NCBI GenBank assembly: GCA_964277815.1
Contig: CAXYKR010000343.1
Location: 1,611 to 65,610 of the forward strand
DNA from: an uncultured Mucilaginibacter sp.
GTDB taxonomy: Bacteria > Bacteroidota > Bacteroidia > Sphingobacteriales > Sphingobacteriaceae
DNA: 64,000 nucleotides
Reading direction: 5' to 3'
Part shown: piece after piece, positions 36,539 to 47,153 of the stretch
Layout: each line of letters begins with the position of its first letter
How positions within the stretch are numbered: the stretch's first letter is position 1
Translations under genes and position numbers: made by a program
Notes under the pieces: generated by a model
Database searches by the model: none
Told to the model about the DNA's origin: nothing
Seen by the model: only the letters and a program-made list of their open reading frames with translations

Positions 36539-39500
36539 TTGCTTATATTACTCCAATTAAACTTTATTCACTTGAAACTTATAAATAATCAGGAGGTTAG
36601 GCTCTTCGACGAAATTGAAAAATACTTAAAAGCTGGCTCAGAGGTATTTGTTAGTGTAGCCTATTTCAGCCTCAACGCAATTTTTGAGCTATCTGAGCAG
36701 TTAACTAACGCCTCCAAAATCAATATATTAATTGACACTGATCCCCACCAAGATTTAAGATTCGCTTATGACCAAAGTGAGTGGAGCCGGTATCTTGATT
36801 TAAAAGGTAAGTTTAAAGCTGAAAGTGCCTTTGCCTTAGTTAAAGATAAATGCGATATACGCTATGCAAACATGGGTGGGCAAAAGTTCTTTTTAGTGAA
36901 AAATGGCTCTAATACCCATTGTTTTGCCATTGCACCACATGATTTAAATCTTACAAGCTTCGGTCTTATTCCATCTTCTAATCCTGTCATTACTACGTCT
37001 TTTGAAGATATTGGGGATCAGTACTTAAAATTATTTCAGCAGTTTTGGAGCAATAGTACAAAAGATGTAAAAGAAAGCATTCTTGCTATTATTAAAAAAG
37101 CTTGTTCGGAACACAAGCCTGAAGATATTTATAAATTTAATTTATATCACATCTTTCACAATGCAACAATTAACGAAGCATCAGAGCAACGAATTAAAAA
37201 GATTGGCTTTAAAGATACCTTGATATGGGGTATGTTGTTCAATTTCCAACAAGATGCAGTACTGGGCGCTATTGATAAAATTGAAACTTATGGAGGTTGT
37301 ATAATAGCAGATAGTGTAGGATTGGGAAAAACTTTCGAAGCCCTCGCGGTAATGAAATACTACCAGATGCGAAATGATCGGGTACTAGTGCTTTGCCCCA
37401 AAAAGCTTAGGGATAATTGGATAATATATGCCCAAAATGATGTTAGAAATATATTAGCTAAGGATCGATTCAATTTTGATGTTTTAAATCACACAGATCT
37501 TTCCCGCGAAAACGGTTTTTCTGGTGATATCAATCTCGAAACCATAAATTGGGGTAATTATGACCTCATTGTTATTGATGAATCGCACAACTTCCGTAAC
37601 AATCCCCCTAAGCGTGATGGAATAACCCGCTATCAAAGGTTAATGACTGATATCATAAAATCAGGAGTAAAGACTAAAGTACTAATGCTTTCAGCAACTC
37701 CGGTGAATACGAGGATGAATGACATCAAAAACCAGATAGCATTTATAACTGAACAAAATGATAATGCGCTGGCATCCTTTGGCATAAATAGTATTGATAT
37801 CACCTTAAGAAAAGCACAGCAACGTTTTAATACCTGGCTAAAAGGAAGAACAGGAGACGATTTTAACCGCGATTCATTAATCGAAAGCTTGGACGGTTCG
37901 TATTTTAGGATACTCGATCTCTTAACGATAGCCCGATCACGCAAGCATATTCAAAAATATTACGATGTTAAAGATATTGGTAAATTTCCTGAGCGATTAG
38001 CACCCGATACAAAAACCTCTGATTTTGATATTAATGGTAAGTTCCCGGCTATAGATATCGTTAATAATGAACTAAATGCCCTTAATTTAAAATTCTACTC
38101 CCCGTTATCTTACGTTAGAGCTGATAGAAGAGAATCCTACGAGGCTAAATATGACATTACCACATCAACTGGTAGCATATTTCGACAGGTAGAACGGGAA
38201 AATAGCTTAATACACTTAATGAGGGTGAATTTATTGAAGCGTCTTGAAAGCTCAATTCACTCGTTTCATTTGACTTTACAATCCTTATTACGCCAGATCG
38301 ATTCTCTGTTGGAAAAGGTAGATCATGCGCAAAGTAATTCCATGTTCGATGCTAACCTCGACATTAATGATGTTGATTTTGACGACGAATTATTAGAGGA
38401 TTTGTTAGTTGGTGGCAAGGTTAAAGTGTTATTACAGGATATTGACCTAATTCGGTGCCGTGAAGATTTAACGGATGATCGAAAACGTATAATGGATCTT
38501 ATATCAATGACAAAAGTTATCGATGTAACCCGTGACGCCAAATTAAACGACCTTAAAAAATTAATTGAAAATAAAATTGCGAACCCCATAAATCCGGGCA
38601 ATAACAAGATCATTATATTCTCAGCATTTGCTGATACAATTGTGTACTTGTACGATAATTTACACCAATGGATAAAAGATGATCTAAACTTATATTCGGC
38701 GCAGGTAACCGGCGGCGATAGTAATAAAACCAATTTAGCCAATTGCCGAATCGATCTTAGCTCAATACTCACAAACTTTTCTCCTCTATCAAAAAAAAGA
38801 GATCAGATATTTCCGGATAGTAAAACTGATATTGATATTCTTTTTTGTACAGATTGCATATCAGAAGGTCAAAACCTACAGGATTGTGATTACCTGGTAA
38901 ATTATGATATTCACTGGAACCCGGTTCGGATTATTCAGCGATTCGGTCGTATAGACCGTATTGGTTCAAAAAATCAAAAAATAAAGCTGGTCAACTTCTT
39001 TCCTAACCTTGATCTGGATAACTATATTGACTTGATAGGCCGTGTTCAGGGCCGAATGCAAATATTAGATGTATCGGCTACCGGCGATGACAATATCATA
39101 GACGAAACTTCTGGACAAAGGCAAGACTTAGAGTATAGAAGGCGACAGCTTAAACAACTTCAGGACAAAGTTTTGGATTTAGAGGATATTGAAGGCGGGA
39201 TTAGCATAACCGATCTAACTTTCAATGATTTTAAAATTGACGCGGATAGGCTGACGATTGAAGAAAAAGAAGCATTTGACTTGATGCCCAAAAGCATTTA
39301 TGCTATAACCAGCTCCAATTTGATTGATGCACCTAAAGGAGTTATTTTCTGCTTTAAAAATTCAAATGGTGAAATTGAAGACGCTTATACGAATAACGCG
39401 ATATATCCTTACCATTTATGTTATATCAACATTGATGGAGGTGTTTTCATACCTGGAAGTAATCCTAAAAAGTGCCTGGACTATTTTAAAAAGTTATGCC

Positions 39501-39730
39501 TTGGCCATAACGAGGTGTTGAACAATCTGATAACAGAATTTGGGAAAGAAACCAAAGGTGGAAAAATGATGGACACCTACGTTAAACTCTTACAAATTGC
39601 CGTAACTAACTTAAATGGCGTAGAGGAAGAACTTGGTTTAGACACTTTAGCATTACCTGGCGGAACAAGAATTTTCAAAAATGATATTGGGAACAATTAC
39701 GAATTGATTTCCTTTTTAATCATTAAATAA
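36539..39730 (+). CDS. SNF2-family helicase with an N-terminal PLD-like domain
   Basis: DSVGLGKTFEALAV (motif I), LIVIDESHNFRN (motif II), SEGQNLQDCDYLVNYDIHWNPVRIIQRFGRIDRIGS (motifs V-VI). The N-terminal ~170 aa (EVFVSVAYFSLNAIFEL...GGQKFFLV) resemble a PLD-like domain lacking the HKD His. The track start is TTG, so the true start is uncertain (another TTG at 36572). Confidence 0.8.
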   Translation: MLILLQLNFIHLKLINNQEVRLFDEIEKYLKAGSEVFVSVAYFSLNAIFELSEQLTNASKINILIDTDPHQDLRFAYDQSEWSRYLDLKGKFKAESAFALVKDKCDIRYANMGGQKFFLVKNGSNTHCFAIAPHDLNLTSFGLIPSSNPVITTSFEDIGDQYLKLFQQFWSNSTKDVKESILAIIKKACSEHKPEDIYKFNLYHIFHNATINEASEQRIKKIGFKDTLIWGMLFNFQQDAVLGAIDKIETYGGCIIADSVGLGKTFEALAVMKYYQMRNDRVLVLCPKKLRDNWIIYAQNDVRNILAKDRFNFDVLNHTDLSRENGFSGDINLETINWGNYDLIVIDESHNFRNNPPKRDGITRYQRLMTDIIKSGVKTKVLMLSATPVNTRMNDIKNQIAFITEQNDNALASFGINSIDITLRKAQQRFNTWLKGRTGDDFNRDSLIESLDGSYFRILDLLTIARSRKHIQKYYDVKDIGKFPERLAPDTKTSDFDINGKFPAIDIVNNELNALNLKFYSPLSYVRADRRESYEAKYDITTSTGSIFRQVERENSLIHLMRVNLLKRLESSIHSFHLTLQSLLRQIDSLLEKVDHAQSNSMFDANLDINDVDFDDELLEDLLVGGKVKVLLQDIDLIRCREDLTDDRKRIMDLISMTKVIDVTRDAKLNDLKKLIENKIANPINPGNNKIIIFSAFADTIVYLYDNLHQWIKDDLNLYSAQVTGGDSNKTNLANCRIDLSSILTNFSPLSKKRDQIFPDSKTDIDILFCTDCISEGQNLQDCDYLVNYDIHWNPVRIIQRFGRIDRIGSKNQKIKLVNFFPNLDLDNYIDLIGRVQGRMQILDVSATGDDNIIDETSGQRQDLEYRRRQLKQLQDKVLDLEDIEGGISITDLTFNDFKIDADRLTIEEKEAFDLMPKSIYAITSSNLIDAPKGVIFCFKNSNGEIEDAYTNNAIYPYHLCYINIDGGVFIPGSNPKKCLDYFKKLCLGHNEVLNNLITEFGKETKGGKMMDTYVKLLQIAVTNLNGVEEELGLDTLALPGGTRIFKNDIGNNYELISFLIIK

Positions 39731-39731
39731 T

Positions 39732-40499
39732 ATGGATGGCTTAAATTCCATATTACAATTGCCAGACCGGTGTATTATCAATAAAAAGATAACCAAAGCC
39801 TTTTTTAAACGAAATTTTGATCTCACTTCAGCAGATAAAATATTGATTGATGATAGGCATATCATCAGTGAAATTAACTGGATAGCAAGTGTTAGCCCAA
39901 CTACCTCGAATATCGTTACATATAAAGATGGGCAGTATTTATTTGAGGAAATGCAGATTATCAGCGTGTTGATTAACATGGAGTTCGAACGTAATTACGA
40001 AAAGATTGCTGAATTAATACAAAAGTACATTCCTTATCCAATTTTACTCATCATGTATGATAGCGATAGGTTTGTGCTTAACACCTGTGATAAAAAGGTT
40101 AATCAAAACGATAGCAGCAGGCGAACTATTGAAAAAAGATATTTTAGCAATGCAATTATTAAAGGTAATGCAAGTGAAATTCAAAACAGCTTTTTAGAAA
40201 GCCTTAAATTTGCCAACTTAGATAAAACTAATTTGCAAACATATTATCAGGCCTACACGCAACGTATCATATCTTTGCAGGTCTCTAATTTAAACGGAAC
40301 ATTTCAACCACGTACGCAAAGTCGCACACAGCAGGATATGTACCGTTTGGAAAAAATAGAGCAACTAAATAGTGAAATAAACAGCCTGGAAATTCAGGCT
40401 AAAAAAGAAACGCAGTTGAACCAGCGCGTGCAGCTTAACTTAACAATCAATCAAAAACGGCAGGAAATAAGAAATCTAACCGCACTACTATCCTTATAA
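39732..40499 (+). CDS. DUF4391-like protein
   Basis: 255 aa. ATG 1 nt after the SNF2 stop. The IQKYIPYPILLIMY block and the position between SNF2 helicase and methyltransferase are typical of DUF4391. Call from memory. Confidence 0.55.
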   Translation: MDGLNSILQLPDRCIINKKITKAFFKRNFDLTSADKILIDDRHIISEINWIASVSPTTSNIVTYKDGQYLFEEMQIISVLINMEFERNYEKIAELIQKYIPYPILLIMYDSDRFVLNTCDKKVNQNDSSRRTIEKRYFSNAIIKGNASEIQNSFLESLKFANLDKTNLQTYYQAYTQRIISLQVSNLNGTFQPRTQSRTQQDMYRLEKIEQLNSEINSLEIQAKKETQLNQRVQLNLTINQKRQEIRNLTALLSL

Positions 40500-40502
40500 T
40501 AA

Positions 40503-42446
40503 ATGGAAAAAATTACAGCAGGACACCCACTTAGCCAAAGCGAAGACATTGTAAAACAGAACATCGATACATTAAAGGCCCTTTTCCCAACTATAGTTAA
40601 GGAAGGGAAAATTGATATTGGTGAACTAAAGGCGCTATTGGGTGAAGATGTTGAAGAAAACGAGGAATACTACCGGTTTACCTGGGCCGGCAAAAGCCAG
40701 GCACGGCAGGAAGCAAATAAACCAAGCACCGGCACGTTACGCCCTAACAAAGCTGATAGTAAAGATTGGGACATCACACAAAACATTTTTATTGAAGGTG
40801 ATAATTTAGAAGTGCTTAAGCTTTTGCAAAAAAGTTACGCTGGGGCTATAAAAATGATTTACATCGATCCGCCCTATAACACAGGTAAAGACTTTGTATA
40901 TAAAGATAATTATAAAGATAATCTGAGTAATTATTTAGAGCTTACTGGCCAGATTGATGAAGAGGGCAAGAAACTCGGGACAAATATTGAAAGTGATGGC
41001 CGTTTTCATAGTAATTGGCTAAATATGATGTACCCGCGTTTGAAGCTTGCGCGAAATTTATTGAAAGATGATGGTGTTCTTTTTATTAGTATTGATGATA
41101 ATGAAGTACATAATCTTCGTAAAATATGCGACGAAATATATGGTGAAGATAATTTTATTGCTCAGTTGGCAGTACAATTAAATCCAAGAGGACGGAACTT
41201 AGATCAGTTTGTGGCGAAGACTCACGAGTCAATATTGATCATTTGTAAAAATTATTCATTGAACACAACCATGTTCGGTGTAGAAAAAGAGGGCAGAATG
41301 GTCGATGACTACAATCGAACAGACAACAGAGGAGCGCATAGATTACTTGGACTTAGAAATAGAAATCAGGCGTTCAACCCAATCACACGTCCAACCCTTT
41401 ATTATCCCTTGTACATAAATCCTGATAATGGCGAAGTATCTATATCCAAAAGTGACGGATATAGCGAAGAGGTTTGGCCAGATGCGCCGGACGGCATCAA
41501 AACATGTTGGACTTGGAGTAAGGACAAGGTTATTTCGGATAACAAACTTTTGATAGCAGAAAAAACATCTGACGGATGGCGGGTATTTCGAAAGGATTAT
41601 TTAGTTGGTGATGATGGTGAAACCGCTAAAACGTTAATCAAATCTGTATGGACTGAAAAGGAGATTAGTAATGACTATGGACGTGCAGCTATAAAAAATC
41701 TTTTTGGCAAATCCTTAATGGATTTCCCGAAATCACCGGAGCTTCTAAAAATTATTATAAACACTTCGGTAAAATCTAATGACATTGTTTTAGATTTTTT
41801 TGCAGGCTCTGCTACTACTGCCGACGCTTTAATGCAACTTAACGCAAACGATGGCGGTAACAGAAGATGCATTTCAATTCAACTGCCAGAGCCAATTACC
41901 GAAGACAATGAGGCCTTCAGTGAGGGCTATAAGAATATTGCGGATTTATCAAAAGAAAGAATTCGCCGTGCAGGTATAAGAATTAAAACTGAGGTAAAGG
42001 ATCAATTATTTGATCTTAAAAAGGATTTGGATTTAGGATTTAAGGCATTTAGGTTAGACACCTCGAATATCAATGCGTGGGAAGGTAATATAGAAAATTT
42101 TGAGCAAAACCTGTTTAATTCTGCCAATAACATCAAAGAAGGCCGTAGTGAGGAAGATGTACTTTACGAGATACTACTAAAAAGTGGTTTGGATTTAAGT
42201 GAGAGAATTGAGGAAAAAGAAATTGGCGATAAAAAGGTGTACAACATTGGTTTGGGTGCCTTATTCATTTGCCTTTCAGATAACATTAGCACGGCAGTTG
42301 CCGAAGGCATAGGGCAATGGAAAGTGGAGCTTAACCCAGCAACCTGCACCGTAATTTTTAAAGACGCAGGTTTGACAGACGTAGAGAAAGCTAACTCTAT
42401 TCAAATTTTAAAACGCTACGGTATAACCGAAGTAAATTCCATTTAA
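40503..42446 (+). CDS. mod: site-specific DNA methyltransferase (type III Mod-like, N6A/N4C)
   Basis: IYIDPPYNTGKDFVY (motif IV, DPPY) precedes VLDFFAGSATTADA (motif I). This is beta-class order, as in type III Mod. 647 aa. Confidence 0.85.
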   Translation: MEKITAGHPLSQSEDIVKQNIDTLKALFPTIVKEGKIDIGELKALLGEDVEENEEYYRFTWAGKSQARQEANKPSTGTLRPNKADSKDWDITQNIFIEGDNLEVLKLLQKSYAGAIKMIYIDPPYNTGKDFVYKDNYKDNLSNYLELTGQIDEEGKKLGTNIESDGRFHSNWLNMMYPRLKLARNLLKDDGVLFISIDDNEVHNLRKICDEIYGEDNFIAQLAVQLNPRGRNLDQFVAKTHESILIICKNYSLNTTMFGVEKEGRMVDDYNRTDNRGAHRLLGLRNRNQAFNPITRPTLYYPLYINPDNGEVSISKSDGYSEEVWPDAPDGIKTCWTWSKDKVISDNKLLIAEKTSDGWRVFRKDYLVGDDGETAKTLIKSVWTEKEISNDYGRAAIKNLFGKSLMDFPKSPELLKIIINTSVKSNDIVLDFFAGSATTADALMQLNANDGGNRRCISIQLPEPITEDNEAFSEGYKNIADLSKERIRRAGIRIKTEVKDQLFDLKKDLDLGFKAFRLDTSNINAWEGNIENFEQNLFNSANNIKEGRSEEDVLYEILLKSGLDLSERIEEKEIGDKKVYNIGLGALFICLSDNISTAVAEGIGQWKVELNPATCTVIFKDAGLTDVEKANSIQILKRYGITEVNSI

Positions 42447-42462
42447 CCGCAGGGCTCAATCT

Positions 42463-45400
42463 ATGCATATAAAATTTGAAAGCGGACTTGATTATCAGCA
42501 TGATGCCATACATGCCATAGTCGATATCTTTAAAGGACAGGAAACCTGTACCAGTAATTTCACGGTTTACTCACCGGCATACTTAGCCACTCAAAAAAAC
42601 CTGGAGTACAACCAAATTGGCTACGCTAATAAACTGCAACTAACTGAAGGGCAAATATTAGATAATGTTCAAAAAATACAACTGCGGAATGGCTTAAAGC
42701 CATCTGTAAAGCAGGATGTAGAGATCAAGCATCTTGATTTCTCTATCGAAATGGAAACAGGAACAGGTAAAACCTACGTGTACCTGCGCACAATTATGGA
42801 AATGAATCGCCAATACGGGTTTACAAAATTCATTATCGTTGTGCCATCTATCCCCATTAAAGAAGGCGTTTATAAAAGTTTACAGATAACAGAAAGCCAC
42901 TTTAAAGAGCATTACAATAACACCCCATATAAATATTTTATTTACGATAGTTCGCGATTAAATGATGTTCGGGATTTTGCTACTAACGATCAATTGCAGA
43001 TCATGGTCATCAACATTGATGCCTTTAGCAAAAGCTTTGAAGATGAGAAAAATGAAAAAAAGACAGCGAACATCATTCATAGATATAATGACAAATTAGG
43101 CTATAAACCACTTCAACTTATACAAGATACCCGTCCTATTGTAATTATTGATGAGCCACAAACAACCTTAAGTACTCCCATACGAAAAAAGTCAGTGAAG
43201 GGCCTTAATCCTATGGCTGTATTGCGTTACTCTGCAACACATAAGGAGAAGGTAAACCAAATGTATAAGCTGGATGCCATTGATGCCTACAGCAAACAAT
43301 TGGTTAAGCAGATAGAGGTTGCATCTGTTAAGGTTGACGGTGCTGCAAGCAACGGTGCCTATGTAAAATTGATTTCTGTCCAAAACAAAAAAGGCATTAT
43401 TGCTAAGGTTGAAGTTGATGTTTTGAAAGATGGTGCCAGGAAAAGAAAAATTGTAGAAATTAAAAAACCGCAAGACCTTTTAGAGATTACGCATATTCAG
43501 GAATACGACGGTTTTCAGGTTAATGATATTTACACAGAAACGGGCAATGAATATATTGAGTTTATAAATGGTGAAGTTTTAAGGCTGGGCGAAACCCTGG
43601 GTACGATTGATGATACGCTGATTAAGCGGATGATGATCCGTAAAACTATCCAGGAGCATTTGGATAAAGAATTGAGGTTAAATCCTAAAGGAATAAAAGT
43701 ATTAAGTCTTTTCTTCATCGACGCTGTTAAGCATTACAGGATATATGACGAGGATGGCAATGCACAGAATGGAGATTATGTATCTATTTTTGAGGAAGAG
43801 TATAAAAAACTAATCAAACTTCCCAAGTACAATTCATTATTTGCCGGGATTAATGACCTGGAAACAGAGGCCAATGCGGTGCATAACGGTTATTTTTCCA
43901 TAGATAGAAAAGCTAAAACAAGTAACAAAAAAGAAAAATTTGAATATTATAAGGATACGAATGGTACAGTAGCTGCTGACGAAGATACTTACAACCTTAT
44001 TATGAGAGATAAGGAATTACTGCTTAGTTTCGATTCAAAATTACGTTTCATTTTCTCACACTCAGCTTTAAAAGAAGGTTGGGATAACCCAAACGTATTT
44101 CAAATTTGTACACTTAAAGAAGCTGGTGCTTCTGAAGTGCGTCGCCGTCAGGAAATTGGCCGGGGACTACGTTTGGCGGTAAATCAGGATGGAGAACGTG
44201 TTAAAGGGTTTGAGATTAATACGCTCACCGTAATGGCGAGTGAGTCGTATGAAAACTTTGTTGAAAATTTGCAAAAAGAAATCGAAAAAGAAACAGGCAT
44301 CGTATTCGGTCTTTTACAACCTCATAGCTTTAACAATATAACTATAGCAATGAATGGCACTGATCCTGTGTTTTTCGGACAGGAAAACTCTGCAAGTCTG
44401 TTTGATTATCTTATGTTGAAAGGTTATATCAACAATCAAGGCAAAGCTCAGGATTTGCTTAAAGAAGATTTAAGAACTGGCAACTTAGCATTGCCCGAAG
44501 ATTTAGAAGATCATGTAAAAGCACAAATCACAGACCTTCTTAAACAAACCGCAGGCAGGCTGGAAGTCAAACGTAACGAGGACAAGCAAACCGTCAAAGT
44601 TAACAAACAAGTGCTACTTAGTCCTGAATTTAAAGAACTTTGGGATAAGATCAAATATAAAACTACCTACGCTGTAAATTTTAATTCAACTAAATTAGTA
44701 CAAGCCTGCCAGGAACAAATAAGTAACCGTGTAATTGTAAGCCGCGGAAAATTGATCTATGAAAAGGCGAGTTTAAGTATCAACAAAGGCGGCATAAACA
44801 TAGTTAATGAGCCAGAAACAGAGTATGGCATCATTAACCAAGAAGTTAAAGTTTTGCCGGACATTGTAACTTACTTGCAGAACGAAACTCAATTAACCCG
44901 AAAGTCTATAGTTGAGATATTGAAAGGCTGTACAAACCTCAAATATTTCAAATTAAATCCTCAGAAGTTTATCGAAGGATGCATTGAAATAATCAATGAG
45001 CAAATGCGCCTTCATATTGTTGATGGCATAGTTTATACCAAAACTGGCAATCACGATGTATACAGCCAAGAGCTTTTTGAAAACGAACAACTAACCGGCT
45101 ATTTAAAAAGCAACATGTTAGCTTCTACAAGATCGCCTTATGAATATGTAATATATGATAGCGGTGTAGAATCCGAGCTTGCTAAAGAGTTTGAACGCAA
45201 CAAGAACGTGAGAGTTTATGCCAAACTCCCTGGTTGGTTTAAAATTGACACACCTTTAGGAACATACAACCCTGATTGGGCCGTTCTTTTTGAATTAGAA
45301 GGGGTAGAAAAGTTATTCTTCATTGTCGAAAGTAAAGGTTCAATGGGTTATGAATTTTTGAGGCCCGCAGAAAAAGGTAAAATTGACTGTGGCAAAAAGC

Positions 45401-45501
45401 ACTTTCAAGAGCTGGCATCCAAAACAGGAAGTAATATTGCATTGGAACATGTATCAAACATTGATGATTTTGTAAACTTTGCGATGGCGAAAACCATATA
45501 A
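42463..45501 (+). CDS. res: type III restriction enzyme Res-like helicase-nuclease
   Basis: METGTGKTYVYL (Walker A), VIIDEPQ (motif II), ALKEGWDNPNVF. C-terminal YNPDWAVLF...LFFIVESKG is a PD-ExK motif. 1012 aa. Confidence 0.85.
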   Translation: MHIKFESGLDYQHDAIHAIVDIFKGQETCTSNFTVYSPAYLATQKNLEYNQIGYANKLQLTEGQILDNVQKIQLRNGLKPSVKQDVEIKHLDFSIEMETGTGKTYVYLRTIMEMNRQYGFTKFIIVVPSIPIKEGVYKSLQITESHFKEHYNNTPYKYFIYDSSRLNDVRDFATNDQLQIMVINIDAFSKSFEDEKNEKKTANIIHRYNDKLGYKPLQLIQDTRPIVIIDEPQTTLSTPIRKKSVKGLNPMAVLRYSATHKEKVNQMYKLDAIDAYSKQLVKQIEVASVKVDGAASNGAYVKLISVQNKKGIIAKVEVDVLKDGARKRKIVEIKKPQDLLEITHIQEYDGFQVNDIYTETGNEYIEFINGEVLRLGETLGTIDDTLIKRMMIRKTIQEHLDKELRLNPKGIKVLSLFFIDAVKHYRIYDEDGNAQNGDYVSIFEEEYKKLIKLPKYNSLFAGINDLETEANAVHNGYFSIDRKAKTSNKKEKFEYYKDTNGTVAADEDTYNLIMRDKELLLSFDSKLRFIFSHSALKEGWDNPNVFQICTLKEAGASEVRRRQEIGRGLRLAVNQDGERVKGFEINTLTVMASESYENFVENLQKEIEKETGIVFGLLQPHSFNNITIAMNGTDPVFFGQENSASLFDYLMLKGYINNQGKAQDLLKEDLRTGNLALPEDLEDHVKAQITDLLKQTAGRLEVKRNEDKQTVKVNKQVLLSPEFKELWDKIKYKTTYAVNFNSTKLVQACQEQISNRVIVSRGKLIYEKASLSINKGGINIVNEPETEYGIINQEVKVLPDIVTYLQNETQLTRKSIVEILKGCTNLKYFKLNPQKFIEGCIEIINEQMRLHIVDGIVYTKTGNHDVYSQELFENEQLTGYLKSNMLASTRSPYEYVIYDSGVESELAKEFERNKNVRVYAKLPGWFKIDTPLGTYNPDWAVLFELEGVEKLFFIVESKGSMGYEFLRPAEKGKIDCGKKHFQELASKTGSNIALEHVSNIDDFVNFAMAKTI

Positions 45502-45654
45502 TGAACCGCAGAGCAGTAGTAAATGCTGATGGTTTTGCGGTGTATAAAAACGCAAGGTATGGTGCTGCAAGAGGGAATTTGTGTTTTGCGTATTCGAAAT
45601 ATGCGACAGCGATTTACTTAGAATTGATAAAACGAAATATAATAAGAATATTGT

Positions 45655-46221
45655 GTGATATTTTCAATAGCCTTATTATCAATGTATTCGCGGTTAATTA
45701 AATACTTGATTTCTATTTCAAGCTTTTTTCCCATCTTTTTGGTGTTTTGGCTGGTTAACGTTCTTAGCCATTTCAAAGAATTACATTTTTATCTCAACAT
45801 TAATGCCAGCGCCGAGTTCAAAACCGGGCTCCGCATATTTTTTACGCAGCATGGCTTGCTTTTCATTTTTCTTGGTCTGATGCTGGTCTGCCGCTGGATA
45901 CTACGTTTCGCCCAAACACATTTGAGTCCGCGTTCGATCGAAATCAAGGCAATCAAACCAGCGGACGTCAACTTTGTATCCGCTATCATCAGTTATGTTG
46001 CGCCTTTTTTTAAATTTTTCCTGGAGACGAGTCATGACTATATTTATGCAGGCGGCTATTTTTTATTAGCTGTAATTATTGCTTCCGTTACCTCAAGGGC
46101 TTATCATTATAACCTTACATTCAGCATATTTTTCCGTTACCGGCACTTTGAGGTTAGTACCACCAAGGATGTTACTTATTTAGTCCTCTCAAAAAAACAA
46201 TTGGTAAATAAAAATAATTGA
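45655..46221 (+). CDS. four-TM membrane protein (Kiwa KwaA-like, tentative)
   Basis: 188 aa with about four hydrophobic helices: ISISSFFPIFLVFWLVNVL, GLLFIFLGLMLVCRWIL, VNFVSAIISYVAPFF, YAGGYFLLAVIIASV. No soluble domain recognised. Confidence 0.5.
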   Translation: MIFSIALLSMYSRLIKYLISISSFFPIFLVFWLVNVLSHFKELHFYLNINASAEFKTGLRIFFTQHGLLFIFLGLMLVCRWILRFAQTHLSPRSIEIKAIKPADVNFVSAIISYVAPFFKFFLETSHDYIYAGGYFLLAVIIASVTSRAYHYNLTFSIFFRYRHFEVSTTKDVTYLVLSKKQLVNKNN

Positions 46222-46278
46222 CAACGATCGTTCATCTGACGGATTATATGCTGATAGAAACTCAAACAACCTAAAGCC

Positions 46279-47103
46279 ATGCCCAACAACTTTTACGCGA
46301 TATTAAATGATGATACGGTCAGGAATATTAATTTGACGCAACAGGTCATTCCGGCAATCGAACAAATTTTTACCACTTCAGGAGCAGATATATTGGACAA
46401 AGACCCGGTACTGTTTACGGGCAATTACAAGGTAGAGGAAGATGAGGTTTTGTATGTCACAATGCAATTGCCGGACAATGTTGCTGAAGTTGCAAACAAT
46501 GCAATGGGGATACCGATCCTGGACCTCAACCAGGATACAATTCGGGTACTTTTTTGGTATGAAAACGGCACATATTATTTCCAAAATTTTGATAATCGTC
46601 GTTTGCTTCGCAACCGCAATGTGTTGATTTACAGTAATAATACCTATTCAAGGTTGGAGGATAACGCTTTTGTTGTTGAACCAACCATAAATGCCGTTTA
46701 CCGGAACGGTCAATTTTACTTTCCAAACTATTTTAATGCCAATAAAATATTCAGTCTGGCTGATTATTATCATGAGGCCACAGACGACGAGATCCGCGAT
46801 TTCGCCGCTGGCCCAAACGTGTCGCTGGATCAGGATTGGTTCCTCAAGTCTAACACTGTGATCCGAAAAAATATTACCCTTTTACAAAAAAGCAATGTGT
46901 TGGCTACTGCCGATACCAAGAAGATCAAGAGAAGTGCCTCCCGGCTGTTTAAGTTAATTATCGATCTTGATGCGACGGGCAAGATCATCTTTCCTAATGA
47001 CCATAAAGCCACCAAAGATATCCTGACCTTTCTGAACGAACAATTTTTCAGAGGAGTAATCACGGGCAAACCATATCGGACCAGTAGTAAACGAGATATA
47101 TAG
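46279..47103 (+). CDS. DUF4868/KwaB-like protein (tentative)
   Basis: 274 aa, 57 nt downstream of the membrane ORF. The C-terminal block GKIIFPNDHKATKDILTFLNEQFFRGVITGKPYRTSSKRD resembles my recollection of KwaB C-termini. Confidence 0.45.
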   Translation: MPNNFYAILNDDTVRNINLTQQVIPAIEQIFTTSGADILDKDPVLFTGNYKVEEDEVLYVTMQLPDNVAEVANNAMGIPILDLNQDTIRVLFWYENGTYYFQNFDNRRLLRNRNVLIYSNNTYSRLEDNAFVVEPTINAVYRNGQFYFPNYFNANKIFSLADYYHEATDDEIRDFAAGPNVSLDQDWFLKSNTVIRKNITLLQKSNVLATADTKKIKRSASRLFKLIIDLDATGKIIFPNDHKATKDILTFLNEQFFRGVITGKPYRTSSKRDI

Positions 47104-47153
47104 AACCATGACAATTTCAAATTGCTGGCGGTCTGCCTTTAAAAGGCTCCGTT

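Noticed and set aside
36539-45501. Calling the SNF2/MTase/Res cluster DISARM or BREX.
   Set aside because: No DrmA (DUF1998 helicase), DrmB, PglZ, BrxC or BrxL-like genes are present. Mod+Res motifs make a type III-like R-M with accessory genes the safer description.
45501-45701. A 66-aa ORF starting at the Res stop (TAATG overlap).
   Set aside because: No family features. It overlaps the start of the membrane ORF and contains hairpin-like sequence (accgca...tgcggt). It may be 3' UTR. Coding status is unsupported.
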